Origin: Candidatus Shapirobacteria bacterium
GTDB lineage: Bacteria > Patescibacteriota > Microgenomatia > UBA12405
Reading direction: 5' to 3'
DNA: 64,000 nucleotides
Assembly (NCBI GenBank): GCA_022837635.1
Contig: JALHFY010000001.1
Coordinates: 381,693-445,692 of the forward strand
Shown here: in pieces, positions 1-9,942 of the stretch
Layout: each line of letters begins with the position of its first letter
Numbering within the stretch: the first letter of the stretch is position 1
Made by a program: the position numbers and the translations under genes
Notes under the pieces: generated by a model
Databases searched by the model: none
The model's input: the letters and a program-made list of their open reading frames with translations, nothing else
What the model was told of the DNA's origin: nothing

Positions 1-545
1 ATACCGTCAGGATTGGTAAAATGAGTATTTTTCAGACCGTATTTTTTGGTAAGTTCATTCATATAATTAACAAAAGCTTGATAACCTTGAGAATAATGAG
101 AGGCTAGAGTAAAAGCGGCATCATTGGCAGAATAAATTAAGAGTCCGGAAATAAGAGTCTTGACAGTAACTTTGTCACCGGGATGGAGGTTCATAATTTT
201 ACCTTCTTGATAGGATTGAGTCACAGTGACAATTTCATCTAGAGGATAGGTGTTAAGGGCGGTCAAAGCAGTGGCTAATTTAGTGGTAGAGGCCGGATAA
301 ATACGCTGATGTTCATTGGCAGAAATAAGAGTTTTGTTGGTGGCCACATCAACTAAAATATAGGTGTTGGTACTTAGTTGAGGACGAGGAGCTTTGAGAA
401 CAACCGGTTGAGGAGGATGTTCAAAATCGAAAGCAATAGACTTTTGGGAAAATTTATAACTAGAAGGCCAAAGAAAAAGTAAAATAATAACAGCCAAAAA
501 TAAACCTAAATAAAAATGAGGGTTTTTAAGGATTTTGAGAATCAT
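1..545 (-). CDS. D-alanyl-D-alanine carboxypeptidase (S11 serine peptidase / PBP5-6-like), partial: the C-terminus runs off the window start
   Basis: Hand translation of the minus strand gives MILKILKNPHFYLGLFLAVIILLFLW (signal/TM), then IYPASTTKLAT (SxxK motif) and LIYSANDAAF (SxN motif). No stop within the window, which is why it is absent from the ORF track. The ATG at 543-545 overlaps the stop of the upstream synthetase gene (ATGA). Confidence 0.65.
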   Translation of the reverse strand, partial: MILKILKNPHFYLGLFLAVIILLFLWPSSYKFSQKSIAFDFEHPPQPVVLKAPRPQLSTNTYILVDVATNKTLISANEHQRIYPASTTKLATALTALNTYPLDEIVTVTQSYQEGKIMNLHPGDKVTVKTLISGLLIYSANDAAFTLASHYSQGYQAFVNYMNELTKKYGLKNTHFTNPDG

Positions 546-1876
546 TTTTTGGTCTTTTTTTCGATTTTAGGGAGTCTTTTATCGACACGTTCCATATCCC
601 GAGGGAAAAGGGAGGCTTCACGGATATTAGCTAAGTTAAGAATTTGCATAGTAACTCTTTCAGCACCAAAAGCGAAACCACCTAAAGGAGGCATACCGTA
701 ACGGAAAGCCTGAAGATATAAATCTACACTATCAGGATTGATCCCCCATTCTTTAACGTGAGCCATAATAGTATCGTAATCATGAATCCGACGACCACCA
801 GTGAGCCATTCAACTCCTCGACCAATTAAGTCGAAACCTTGATTAAATTCTGGATTGTCATCATCAGGATAAGTATAAAAAGGTCTAAATTTTGTGGGAA
901 AATGGGAGACAAAAACAAGCTCGGAACCATGTTTTTCTTCAGCCCATTTACAAATTTCCCGTTCATCTTCGGGGGCAAGATCCTTTTCTTGACGACAATC
1001 TCGACCAGTGCGTTCGTAAATAATTTGCTGAGCCTCACGAAGTTTCACACTAGGAATTTTGTCAGTATATTTAGGAACAGTGGCATTGAATAATTTAAGC
1101 TCTTCACTACAATTTTCCTGAACTTTTTCTAGTACATATTTGATAGTGTATTCGGTCATATCGCGAACTTCTTCCCAAGAATCAATTAGACCCATTTCAG
1201 CATCCAAGCTAACTACTTCTGTTAAATGACGAGTAGTAACAGAAGGTTCGGCTCGAAAAACTTTGTTAACGGAAAAAACTCTCTCAAAAGCACTAACCAA
1301 AAGGGATTTATAAAGCTGAGGGCTTTGAGATAAATAAGTCTGGTGACCAAAATAATCAACCTTAAAAACTTCAGCACCACCTTCCGGAACCGAAGGAATA
1401 ATGGTGGGAGCCTGAAATTCCATAAAATCCTTAGCCTTAAGGGCCTCCCGAAAACTATTAATGACGGTTTCTTGGACCTTAAAAATGGCCCTAACTTTGG
1501 GATGACGGAAAGAAAGAGTGCGGTAATCCAAAAGAACTGGGAGAGTAACATTCAAATCGGGTTGATGAATATCGAAAGGTAACTCTTGAGATTTGGCTAG
1601 AATCTTAAAATCATTGACAGCTAATTCGATTTTGCCCGTGATAATTTTATTATTAAAATATTTTTCAGAACGTGAATTAATAGTACCGGTAATTTCAACT
1701 ATATATTCTTCCTTGAGTTCGGATAATTTTTCGTTTCCAACAACTTGAATAATACCGCTGCGGTCGCGAATATCAGCAAAAATAAGCTTGCCGTAACTTC
1801 TGATAGAATTTACCCTACCACGAATAGTTACTGACTGATTTAATTGACTAACAGTGTCTTTGATTAAGGTTCTCAT
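542..1876 (-). CDS. Class IIb aminoacyl-tRNA synthetase, archaeal-type aspartyl- (or asparaginyl-) tRNA synthetase
   Basis: 444 aa. N-terminal OB-fold anticodon-binding region (VTIRGRVNSIRSYGKLIFADIRD). Motif 2 FRAEPSVTTRHLTEVVSLDAEM and motif 3 GGFAFGAERVTM are typical of archaeal/eukaryotic-type AspRS/AsnRS. Confidence 0.7.
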   Translation of the reverse strand: MRTLIKDTVSQLNQSVTIRGRVNSIRSYGKLIFADIRDRSGIIQVVGNEKLSELKEEYIVEITGTINSRSEKYFNNKIITGKIELAVNDFKILAKSQELPFDIHQPDLNVTLPVLLDYRTLSFRHPKVRAIFKVQETVINSFREALKAKDFMEFQAPTIIPSVPEGGAEVFKVDYFGHQTYLSQSPQLYKSLLVSAFERVFSVNKVFRAEPSVTTRHLTEVVSLDAEMGLIDSWEEVRDMTEYTIKYVLEKVQENCSEELKLFNATVPKYTDKIPSVKLREAQQIIYERTGRDCRQEKDLAPEDEREICKWAEEKHGSELVFVSHFPTKFRPFYTYPDDDNPEFNQGFDLIGRGVEWLTGGRRIHDYDTIMAHVKEWGINPDSVDLYLQAFRYGMPPLGGFAFGAERVTMQILNLANIREASLFPRDMERVDKRLPKIEKKTKK

Positions 1877-1885
1877 GGTACTATT

Positions 1886-3514
1886 TTACTTCAAAATAGT
1901 CTGAATAATAAGCTGGGGAAAAGAACGGCCTTGCCATTCATTGATATCCAATCGGGCTACAAAATCAATTGAGTCCCCTGCTTTAAGATCGGAAAAATTG
2001 GCGGCTTGTTGGAAAAAAATAGCATCCAAAGCATCAATTTTTAGCTTGAGATGATCATTGTTTTTGCCTATAGTACGGATATTATCGATGTGACAATTTT
2101 TAAATAAAAATTGAGGTTGAGGATTACCAATACCAAAGGGGGCCAGATTATTGATTAGTTTGATATTTTTCAAATTGACCGCATTTAAGTCCATTTTGGC
2201 ATCAACGGCAATGGTTTTTTGAGGTAAATAATCTTTAAGATAAGTAGATAAATAGTTAAGTAGTTTCTTTTTTAAGAGAGGGATATTTTTAGGCAGAATA
2301 GAAAAACCGGCAGCACCGGGGTGACCGCCCAAATCAACAAATAACTTTGAAAAGCGGCGGAGAGTTTGGATAATATTTAACTCTGGAATAGAGCGACAAG
2401 AACCTTTAGCAACCTCATTTTGAGTCGAAATGATAATTGAAGGCAGAGAATATTTATCAGTCAGACGGCCACTAATCAGACCAATAACACCGGGATTAAA
2501 ATCACCACTGATGAAAATAAGTTTTTGCGTCAAGTCAATATTTTTGTCGGCGATATCCAAAGATTCCCGTTGGAGTTGTTGACGAGTCTGATTGTGTGCC
2601 TCCAAAATTTTGGCATATTTGTTGGCCTGTAAATGATTTTGACTACATAAAAGTCTGAGAGAATCGGTGGCGTTAGCCAGGCGACCAGTGGCGTTAAGGC
2701 GAGGACCAATGATAAAACCTAACTCGTAAACACCAACATTTTCTGCCTTGATAGAAGCTAAATTCAGAATTTTTTTAAGGCCAGGAGAGGGGTTAACTTT
2801 GAGCTCATGAAGTCCGTGAACTACCAAAGAACGATTCACATCAACTAAGGGTTGACAGTCGGCAACAACCCCTAAAGCGGCTAATGCTAGAGAGGGGTGA
2901 GGAGTAAATTCTCGGCAAAAAAACCAGGAAAGAGCAGCGGCACAGGTTTGGGTGGAATGATAAATAAAATTGGCGTGAGGGAGTTTGCCGTCGGCTAAAT
3001 GATGATCGATGACAATAATTTTTAGTTTGGGAAATTTAGCCTTAACTTTAGCAAATTCTTTGTCGGCGACAATACCATTGTCGACAGTGATTAATAAATC
3101 AAAATTAGTTTTTTTTGTTTTTTGAAGATTAAAAAAAGTCTGGGCTCTAAAACCATAACCATCAATTTCTCGATGAGGAATAAAGGGGAAAACTTTAGAG
3201 GAAAGAGGATATAAGGTCTGCCAGAGAAGAGCGGTGGAAGTCAAACCGTCAACGTCGTAATCACCATAAATTAAGATATTTTTTTTCTCTTTAAGATATT
3301 TTTTAACCAAATCAATTAATTTTTTGGAAGGTGGTTTGAACTCAGGAAAAGGAGGTTTAAGAAAAGTTTGAGGGTCATCAATATGACGGTTTTTTAAAAG
3401 CAGTTTGATAATAGATTTTGATGAAGTCTTCCGAGTAATCAGACTGTGGTTGAGGATAGATATCCGGACTTGCATAAGCCTATTGTATGCTATAATTTGG
3501 AGATCAGAAAGCAT
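1886..3514 (-). CDS. recJ: Single-stranded-DNA-specific exonuclease RecJ (DHH/DHHA1)
   Basis: 542 aa. DHH motif IVIDHHLADG, DHHA1 motif GGHPGAAGF, and an ITVDNGI block. Confidence 0.85.
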   Translation of the reverse strand: MLSDLQIIAYNRLMQVRISILNHSLITRKTSSKSIIKLLLKNRHIDDPQTFLKPPFPEFKPPSKKLIDLVKKYLKEKKNILIYGDYDVDGLTSTALLWQTLYPLSSKVFPFIPHREIDGYGFRAQTFFNLQKTKKTNFDLLITVDNGIVADKEFAKVKAKFPKLKIIVIDHHLADGKLPHANFIYHSTQTCAAALSWFFCREFTPHPSLALAALGVVADCQPLVDVNRSLVVHGLHELKVNPSPGLKKILNLASIKAENVGVYELGFIIGPRLNATGRLANATDSLRLLCSQNHLQANKYAKILEAHNQTRQQLQRESLDIADKNIDLTQKLIFISGDFNPGVIGLISGRLTDKYSLPSIIISTQNEVAKGSCRSIPELNIIQTLRRFSKLFVDLGGHPGAAGFSILPKNIPLLKKKLLNYLSTYLKDYLPQKTIAVDAKMDLNAVNLKNIKLINNLAPFGIGNPQPQFLFKNCHIDNIRTIGKNNDHLKLKIDALDAIFFQQAANFSDLKAGDSIDFVARLDINEWQGRSFPQLIIQTILK

Positions 3515-3570
3515 TACCTAGTCTCTGATCAGTTATTATTCAGGTTCTGAATCGAAAAGATTCAAAAAAA

Positions 3571-3837
3571 ATGGCAAAAAAGCTCTTCGTAGGAAATCTT
3601 TCCTACAACATGACAGACGAGCAACTCAAGGCGGTCTTTGCACCCTTTGGAAATATCGTCTCCGCTAATATAGTTTTCGACAAATTCTCTCACCGGAGCA
3701 AAGGTTTCGGATTTGTGGAATTTGAAACCGAGGATCAAGCCAAAGCAGCTATGGAAGCTCTTGATGGTACTGAGCAAGAAGGCAGAAATATTGCTGTCAA
3801 AGAAGCTCTACCTCGTCCCGAAAAACCCCAAATGTAA
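3571..3837 (+). CDS. RRM-domain RNA-binding protein
   Basis: 88 aa. RNP-2 LFVGNL and RNP-1 KGFGFVEF motifs. Confidence 0.8.
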   Translation: MAKKLFVGNLSYNMTDEQLKAVFAPFGNIVSANIVFDKFSHRSKGFGFVEFETEDQAKAAMEALDGTEQEGRNIAVKEALPRPEKPQM

Positions 3838-3861
3838 TTTAAGTTATTTTTGGAATATATT

Positions 3862-3888
3862 AAAACCCCCGCCACGGCGGGGGTTTTC
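3862..3888 (+). terminator. Rho-independent terminator hairpin after the RRM gene
   Basis: aaaacccccgccacggcgggggtttt: a GC stem followed by a T-run. Confidence 0.55.
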
Positions 3889-3927
3889 GGTGGAAATAAA
3901 AAAGTTACTTTTAAGGTAAAATTGGAT

Positions 3928-5256
3928 ATGAGGAAAAGAGAATTTCCGATTGAGGTGAGAAAAATAATGGAAAAAGTTTCCCAAAATAATGGGGAAATCT
4001 TTATTGTGGGAGGAGCGGTCAGAGATTGGCTTTTGAAAAGGGAAGTTAAAGATTGGGATTTTGCCACTAATTTAACTCCGGAAGAAATCAGAAAAATTTT
4101 TCCTAAAAACTCTTTTTATGAAAACGAGTTTGGAACAGTCAGTGTGGTCGGAGCCAAAAAAGATATTTATGAAATTACGACTTATCGCAGTGAAACAGAT
4201 TACGGCGATTTTCGCCATCCCCAAAAGGTAGTTTGGGGAAAAACGATTGAGGAAGACGTGAAAAGAAGAGATTTTACTATCAATGCCATGGCTATGGATA
4301 TTGACGGTCAAGTTTTAGATTTTCATCAAGGACAAGAGGACTTAAAAAACCAGTTAATAAAAACAGTTGGTAAGGCAGAAGAAAGATTTGAAGAAGATGC
4401 TCTGCGGATGATGAGGGCGATTAGAATTGCGTCTCAAATTGGTTTTTTAATTGAGGAAAAAACCTTTGAGGCGATTCAAAAAAAAGCACCCTTAATTAAC
4501 AAAATTGCCGGAGAAAGGATTCGTGACGAATTGTTCAAAATACTCTTGTCTAAAAAACCAGGAGATGGCATGAGACTGTTAAAAAACTCCGGATTATTGG
4601 CTCAAATTATGCCTGAACTTTTACCGGGGGTGGGGATGGCCCAAAAAGGTCATCATGTCTATGATGTTTGGGATCATGAGATTGAGGCCTTAAATAATTG
4701 TCAGAGCAAAAACCCGGTAACCAGGTTGGCGGTGTTATTGCATGATGTGGGTAAACCAAAAAGTTTGAAAATGATTAATGGCGAGAGAACTTTTCATAAC
4801 CATGAAGTAATAGGTTCCAGAATAGCGGTAAACATAGGTAAGAGACTAAAACTGTCAAAAAAAGAATTGGAACAATTGTTTATTTTGGTGCGATGGCATA
4901 TGTTTACCACCGAGGAAATGCAAACAGATAAAGCCATTCGTCGTTTTATTAGAAATGTCACTCCGGAATACTTGGAAGAAATGATAGCCCTGCGTAGAAG
5001 TGACAGATTGGGTAGTGGGGCCAAAGAAAGCAGTTGGCGTTGGGAATTGTTTAAGAAAAGATTAGTAGAAGTACAAAAACAACCTTTTACAGTTAAAGAT
5101 CTAAAAGTAGACGGCAATGATGTGATGACGATTTTGAAAATCAAACCAAGCCGACAAGTGGGAGAAATCTTGGATAAATTATTTGCCGAAGTTGAAGAAA
5201 ATCCGAAATTAAATAAAAGAGAATTGTTGCTGGAAAAAATAAAGGCGATGGGTTAG
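3928..5256 (+). CDS. cca: CCA-adding tRNA nucleotidyltransferase / poly(A) polymerase family protein with HD domain
   Basis: FIVGGAVRDWLL nucleotidyltransferase head, RDFTINAMA, and an HD motif LLHDVGK. The ORF-track start at 3850 overlaps the terminator, so the ATG at 3928 (MRKREF) or 3967 (MEKVSQ) is more likely. It matches the tRNA-Pro in the window, which has no encoded CCA. Confidence 0.75.
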   Translation: MRKREFPIEVRKIMEKVSQNNGEIFIVGGAVRDWLLKREVKDWDFATNLTPEEIRKIFPKNSFYENEFGTVSVVGAKKDIYEITTYRSETDYGDFRHPQKVVWGKTIEEDVKRRDFTINAMAMDIDGQVLDFHQGQEDLKNQLIKTVGKAEERFEEDALRMMRAIRIASQIGFLIEEKTFEAIQKKAPLINKIAGERIRDELFKILLSKKPGDGMRLLKNSGLLAQIMPELLPGVGMAQKGHHVYDVWDHEIEALNNCQSKNPVTRLAVLLHDVGKPKSLKMINGERTFHNHEVIGSRIAVNIGKRLKLSKKELEQLFILVRWHMFTTEEMQTDKAIRRFIRNVTPEYLEEMIALRRSDRLGSGAKESSWRWELFKKRLVEVQKQPFTVKDLKVDGNDVMTILKIKPSRQVGEILDKLFAEVEENPKLNKRELLLEKIKAMG

Positions 5257-5573
5257 GTATTATTTTTCCAACGGTCTTTATCGCGACCATAACACTTGTC
5301 CATAACTCGATCAAAATGTTTGTCTAAGTCAATATCCAAAGCATTAGCTAGACAGACTACAGTAAAAATAATGTCGGCCATTTCATCACCAAGATTATGG
5401 GGTTCTTCGGTGACTTTTTTCTTTTTGGGACCATATCGATGATTAATTTCTCGAGCCAATTCACCATTTTCTTCGGTCAGTCGAGCTAACATCTCTAAAG
5501 GTTGCCAATAGTTGATTTTATATTGACGAAACCATTCATCCACACGTTTTTGAATATTTTTCATAGAATTCAT
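5253..5573 (-). CDS. MazG-like nucleotide pyrophosphohydrolase (small NTP-PPase)
   Basis: 106 aa; an EENGELAREI ... LGDEMADII pattern of the MazG/HisE all-alpha NTP pyrophosphatase fold. Confidence 0.6.
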   Translation of the reverse strand: MNSMKNIQKRVDEWFRQYKINYWQPLEMLARLTEENGELAREINHRYGPKKKKVTEEPHNLGDEMADIIFTVVCLANALDIDLDKHFDRVMDKCYGRDKDRWKNNT

Positions 5574-5580
5574 AAAAAAT

Positions 5581-5814
5581 TTAACTTATTTTATTACGAA
5601 TTTGATAATTTTCATCAATAACTTGCTGTTGGGTTAGATAGGAACCATCTTTGAAACGCATTTGTTTTTTGGATCTTGCTGACTGTTTCTTTTTAATTTC
5701 TGCTGATTTAACAGCGGCTCGGATGCCCTCTCGAACCGGTAAGACTATACCATCTTTTACAATTTGATTGTTCTCATTAACAGTAAAATTACTAAGATTT
5801 AGCTTTTCATTCAT
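5581..5814 (-). CDS. Hypothetical small basic protein
   Basis: 77-aa ORF, co-directional and overlapping the secF start by 4 nt. No recognisable motif. Confidence 0.35.
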   Translation of the reverse strand: MNEKLNLSNFTVNENNQIVKDGIVLPVREGIRAAVKSAEIKKKQSARSKKQMRFKDGSYLTQQQVIDENYQIRNKIS

Positions 5815-6668
5815 GATTTCTTTTTTTTACTTAATAACATCAAAGGAATGGCAACGCCGACTGAGGAATAGGTGCCGGAAATAACTCCAATGAGAAGTGC
5901 GGTGGCAAACCAGCGAGTACTGGAGGCTCCCAGAACGACTAAAGCACACAACATAAAGATAATGGTCATAGAATTATTGATGGAACGGACCAAGACTTCA
6001 GAGACGGCACGATTGGCCAGTTCCACCCAGTCAAGACGTTGTTGATGAAGTTTGAGTTCACGAATACGGTCAAAGGTAACCACAGTGTCATGAGTGGAAG
6101 AGGATAAAGTGGTCAACAAAGCGGTGACAAAGAGAGCGTCAATCTCAGCCCCAAAAAAGTGACCTAAAAGCGAAAAAGAACCAACTAATATGATGGTGTC
6201 ATGGAGCATGGCCAAGACGGCGGAAAGACCAAAACTCATATCTTTGAAGCGAGTGCCGATAAAAATTAATAAGGCAGCAGCTGACAAAATTAGGGCATAG
6301 AGGGTTTTTTTGAGAAGTTCACGACCTAAAAGTGGTCCTAGGGTTTCAAATTGAAGTTCAGAAAAGTCCGGGTCCAGTTGCTTAAAAGATTGGGTAAGTT
6401 CGGCTTTTTGTTCGGTGGTAATATTTTCAAATTTAAGATGATATTTAGGTGGAGTTGAGATGATACTGGTTAAAGATAAATTGTGATCATCAAAAATTTT
6501 TTCAATTTGAGAATCTGAGGGGTTTGAAGGTAAGGAAATTTGCCAAGAGGAACCACCGGAAAAATCAATGGAATACTTAAACCTCCAAAGAGAAATGGAA
6601 ACAATTGAAGCAATGATTAAACTGAGAGAAATAAAGGCAAAGAGAGGACGAAATTTCATGATATTCAT
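5811..6668 (-). CDS. secF: Protein-export membrane protein SecF
   Basis: 285 aa, polytopic membrane protein directly downstream of and overlapping secD. SecD/F family C-terminal TM bundle. Confidence 0.8.
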   Translation of the reverse strand: MNIMKFRPLFAFISLSLIIASIVSISLWRFKYSIDFSGGSSWQISLPSNPSDSQIEKIFDDHNLSLTSIISTPPKYHLKFENITTEQKAELTQSFKQLDPDFSELQFETLGPLLGRELLKKTLYALILSAAALLIFIGTRFKDMSFGLSAVLAMLHDTIILVGSFSLLGHFFGAEIDALFVTALLTTLSSSTHDTVVTFDRIRELKLHQQRLDWVELANRAVSEVLVRSINNSMTIIFMLCALVVLGASSTRWFATALLIGVISGTYSSVGVAIPLMLLSKKKKS

Positions 6669-7960
6669 TTTCTTTTATGAGCTAAAACACGTAACAGATT
6701 GCGGGTGACAAAGACACCAGTAAAAATACCTAAAAAGACACCGATAAGTAGAGTGACGGCAAAGCCACGAACCATACCGGAACTGTTTAGAAAGGACCAA
6801 TTAAAGGGATTAAATAAAATTAAAGCAGTGATAATAGTACAAATATTGGCATCTTTAATAGAATTCCAAGCGCGATCAAAACTTAATTCCATAGCATTGT
6901 CCCAGGATTTACCGACACGGATTTCTTCTTTCATTCTTTCAAAAATTAAAATATTACTGTCAACTGCCATACCTATGGATAAAATAAAGCCAACAATACC
7001 GGGAAAAGTCAAGGTAACATGGAAAAGTCGATAAAGAGTTAAAGTAAAAAGACTGTAAATAATCAAACTGATAACGGAGATAACGCCTAAAAATCCGTAG
7101 TTGCCAATCATAAAGAGGGCGACTAGACCCAAGCCAACCAGGCCAGCCCGAACTCCTTTTTGAATAGTATCCTGTCCCAAGGTAGCACCAATATGTTGCT
7201 CCTGAATCTTTTTAATAGGTAAACGCAGGGCACCAGCATTGAGTTGAGCGGCAAAGGTCTTGGCAGTTTTAATATCGAAATTACCATTGATAACGGCCAT
7301 ACCATCGGGAATAACTGCTTCTACCCTAGGAGCCGAAATTAAATTGTCGTCAAGAAAAATAGCAATGGGTTGATTGAGAAAATCAGTAGTAGCTTTTTCA
7401 AATAATTTGGCCCCTTCGGGATTAAATTCGAGAGCTACTTCCATAACACCAGTATTGCGATTGGGTTGAGGAGTGGCTTTGACCAAATGAGAACCATTGA
7501 GACCGGTGTCAACCAAATAATCATCAATAACAGCACTATCAGAAGCTTCTTTGGGTAAATCCTTAAGTCCAAAAAATTTTAATTGAGCAGTTTGACCGAT
7601 AAGATTGACAGCATCATTAACATTGGTTAAGCCAGGTAATTCAATATGGAGGCGGTGTTGACTATCTTGTTTTGATAATTGAACATTAGCTTCAGAAACC
7701 CCAAAAAGATTGACTCGGCGCTCAATATTGCTTTTTAGAGATTCCAAAGCTTGAGGTAAATCTTCGTTTTTGGTCTGCGAAGTATCGATATCATAAAGTA
7801 AAGAAACTCCTCCAGCCAAATCCAAACCATAGCGTAACTCCAAATTTTTTGAGGATAAAAAAGAGGGTCGATGCTGTGGAGGTAAATTAACAAGAAGGCT
7901 TAAAAGAGTTAATCCTAAAATAATCCAAAAAGTGGTTAAAACCCGCTTATTTATCACCAT
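6665..7960 (-). CDS. secD: Protein-export membrane protein SecD
   Basis: Large periplasmic domain plus a C-terminal 6-TM region (LIGVFLGIFTGVFVTRNLL). Start trimmed to MVINKRVL at 7960; the ORF-track start at 8062 would overlap the upstream small gene. Confidence 0.8.
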   Translation of the reverse strand: MVINKRVLTTFWIILGLTLLSLLVNLPPQHRPSFLSSKNLELRYGLDLAGGVSLLYDIDTSQTKNEDLPQALESLKSNIERRVNLFGVSEANVQLSKQDSQHRLHIELPGLTNVNDAVNLIGQTAQLKFFGLKDLPKEASDSAVIDDYLVDTGLNGSHLVKATPQPNRNTGVMEVALEFNPEGAKLFEKATTDFLNQPIAIFLDDNLISAPRVEAVIPDGMAVINGNFDIKTAKTFAAQLNAGALRLPIKKIQEQHIGATLGQDTIQKGVRAGLVGLGLVALFMIGNYGFLGVISVISLIIYSLFTLTLYRLFHVTLTFPGIVGFILSIGMAVDSNILIFERMKEEIRVGKSWDNAMELSFDRAWNSIKDANICTIITALILFNPFNWSFLNSSGMVRGFAVTLLIGVFLGIFTGVFVTRNLLRVLAHKRK

Positions 7961-8138
7961 AACCGAGAGAAAGTTGACGGGCGTGACCGGTAAAAGTATA
8001 AGTGATGGAGGCCTGACTGCTTTTAATTTTGTATTGGGCAATATCCCCTTCTTTGATACCAAAATTTTTGATAACTTTTTTAGGTAAGGTTAGGGCCAGA
8101 CTATTGCCAGTTTTGATAACTTTTCTGACTTTGTTCAT
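7947..8138 (-). CDS. AbrB/MazE/SpoVT-family swapped-hairpin DNA-binding protein
   Basis: 63 aa; VIKTGNSLALTLPKKVIKNFGIKEGD is a classic AbrB/MazE signature. Confidence 0.5.
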   Translation of the reverse strand: MNKVRKVIKTGNSLALTLPKKVIKNFGIKEGDIAQYKIKSSQASITYTFTGHARQLSLGYGDK

Positions 8139-8141
8139 GGA

Positions 8142-8711
8142 TTAATTATCAAAAAGTACAGGATTACCTATTATAACAAGAGGGGCGGCCAGGAAAAAAT
8201 CAACAATAAAAGGATCACGCTTGCTTTGACGCATTTTTAATTCAGCTTGGTCCATAATCATATAATTAATTTCTGTACCGCGTCGTTTTTCCTCAGCAGA
8301 AACGGCAGCTTCAACCTCCCTGAGAGGCAAATTACCAATAACAATTAAATCAATAGCATCAGGTTTTTTTTGTTGCCAAAGAAGAAAAGAAACACTGGCT
8401 AAAACTGCTTTGGATTTACTTAATTTAATAGCTAAATCAGAATTTCGATAAGACATTAAAAGGAGACTATTAAATAGATGATGTTTGGGATTAACCCGAT
8501 AGTACAGCCGATTGCTTCGAGGCTCTGAAAGTAAAATATTATGTTTTTTTAAGTTGGCTAGTTCTCGACGAACTGAATTAATTTCCTCATCAACAATTCT
8601 AACTAATTGACGAACATAAAAAATGTCCTGAACATGGGTAAAAAAAACCGAAAGTAGTTTGGCTCTGGTTTTTGAGGTTAATAGAGCATTAAGAGAACTT
8701 TCAACCTTCAT
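8142..8711 (-). CDS. Hypothetical protein with N-terminal winged-helix-like region (putative regulator)
   Basis: 189 aa; the N-terminal YVRQLVRIVDEEINSVRRELANLKKHNILL resembles a wHTH recognition helix. The C-terminal half is uncharacterised. Confidence 0.35.
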   Translation of the reverse strand: MKVESSLNALLTSKTRAKLLSVFFTHVQDIFYVRQLVRIVDEEINSVRRELANLKKHNILLSEPRSNRLYYRVNPKHHLFNSLLLMSYRNSDLAIKLSKSKAVLASVSFLLWQQKKPDAIDLIVIGNLPLREVEAAVSAEEKRRGTEINYMIMDQAELKMRQSKRDPFIVDFFLAAPLVIIGNPVLFDN

Positions 8712-9936
8712 AATTAATTTGGTTACCGATAGGTAAAATCTCTACCCAAACACGTCCGGGAACCAGATTGAGTTCTTTGCCAGTAGCTTTATCCTTAAAG
8801 ATGGTTCGGGATTGTCGAGTAGATTTACTCCAAGTAATTTCTTGTTTTTGGCCGTTGCCAAAATAGAGACCGGTACCGGAACCGATGACATCATATAAGT
8901 TGTGCTTATGCTCATCAACAGAACGACTTTCTTTGGTAAATTGGATAATAATATTTTTGGCGGTCAAAGGTTGTTGATCATTAAAATCAATGGCTTTTTG
9001 GCCACCGTTGCTGCGCTCATAAGTATTGGTCGCAGAATTGTAATTCCATTTAACTGCATAGGCATTATCACCCCAAAAAGAAAAAGCAATGGTGGAAGGA
9101 CTGGAAGCTAAAGATTTATCTTCAGCGGTAAAAGACCAGCTTTTGAAATTTTTATCCCAAGAGTTCTTGTTGGCGACAGTCATATTGGTCAAACCGCGAT
9201 TTTCCGCGACATTCCAAAGTTCTTTAGTGGAACAATACATGGTGTGTTCGGTGGCGCGGGTTTCACCGACACGGTCAGGTTCGCGACGACAGGCTTTATA
9301 AGAGAGGGAAAATTGGGATAAATCACCCCAGGTACCTTTATTAGTCCAACCATAACGGGTAATTTGTTCAATTGCTTGAGCTTTAACATTGGTAGTACAG
9401 GGACCACCGGGAGTGGCGGCAGAACAGTTAGCGCCACCGACATGAGCATAAAGAGGATAATCACCATATTCAGAGGCTAAATCAAGAAAATAGGTTCGAG
9501 CAGAGCGGACTGGACCAACATCATACTTCTGACTAGCACCTTTGACGGCATTACAATAAAAAACACCCATAAAACGGGTAATACCGCCTTCAGCTACCGC
9601 TTCATAAACAATATCAGCATTGTTGAGACCAGATTGTGGCCGAGAATCGGCATGATTTTCAATCATCACCAAAAGAGGTCGACGAAGAGACCAAGCATCT
9701 TTTTCTTCTTTAGTAAATTTTTCCCCATTAATAGGACAAACTTCTGTTTTGGGACCGGTAAAAATTAAAGAGCCGGTTTGAACCGGTTGACTAGAAATTT
9801 GTTGGCTATTGTCTACTAGGTTATTTGGAGAGGCGGATTTAACCGGCAGAAAAGTATTAAACAACCAATAGGCAGCAAAAGTGCCTAAAATTAAAGTGAC
9901 GGAATAAAGAAGGGTATTAACAGTTTTAGAGTTCAT
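8701..9936 (-). CDS. DUF3048 (YerB-like) secreted/lipoprotein-type protein
   Basis: 411 aa, N-terminal TM/signal. The LLVMIENHADSRPQSGLNNADIVYEAVAEGGITRFMGVFY block is the DUF3048 signature as I recall it. Confidence 0.55.
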   Translation of the reverse strand: MNSKTVNTLLYSVTLILGTFAAYWLFNTFLPVKSASPNNLVDNSQQISSQPVQTGSLIFTGPKTEVCPINGEKFTKEEKDAWSLRRPLLVMIENHADSRPQSGLNNADIVYEAVAEGGITRFMGVFYCNAVKGASQKYDVGPVRSARTYFLDLASEYGDYPLYAHVGGANCSAATPGGPCTTNVKAQAIEQITRYGWTNKGTWGDLSQFSLSYKACRREPDRVGETRATEHTMYCSTKELWNVAENRGLTNMTVANKNSWDKNFKSWSFTAEDKSLASSPSTIAFSFWGDNAYAVKWNYNSATNTYERSNGGQKAIDFNDQQPLTAKNIIIQFTKESRSVDEHKHNLYDVIGSGTGLYFGNGQKQEITWSKSTRQSRTIFKDKATGKELNLVPGRVWVEILPIGNQINYEG

Positions 9937-9942
9937 AAAAAA

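Noticed and set aside
516-701. 61-aa plus-strand ORF
   Set aside because: It lies antisense across the overlap of the carboxypeptidase start and the tRNA-synthetase 3' end. It has no motif and the locus is fully explained by the minus-strand genes.
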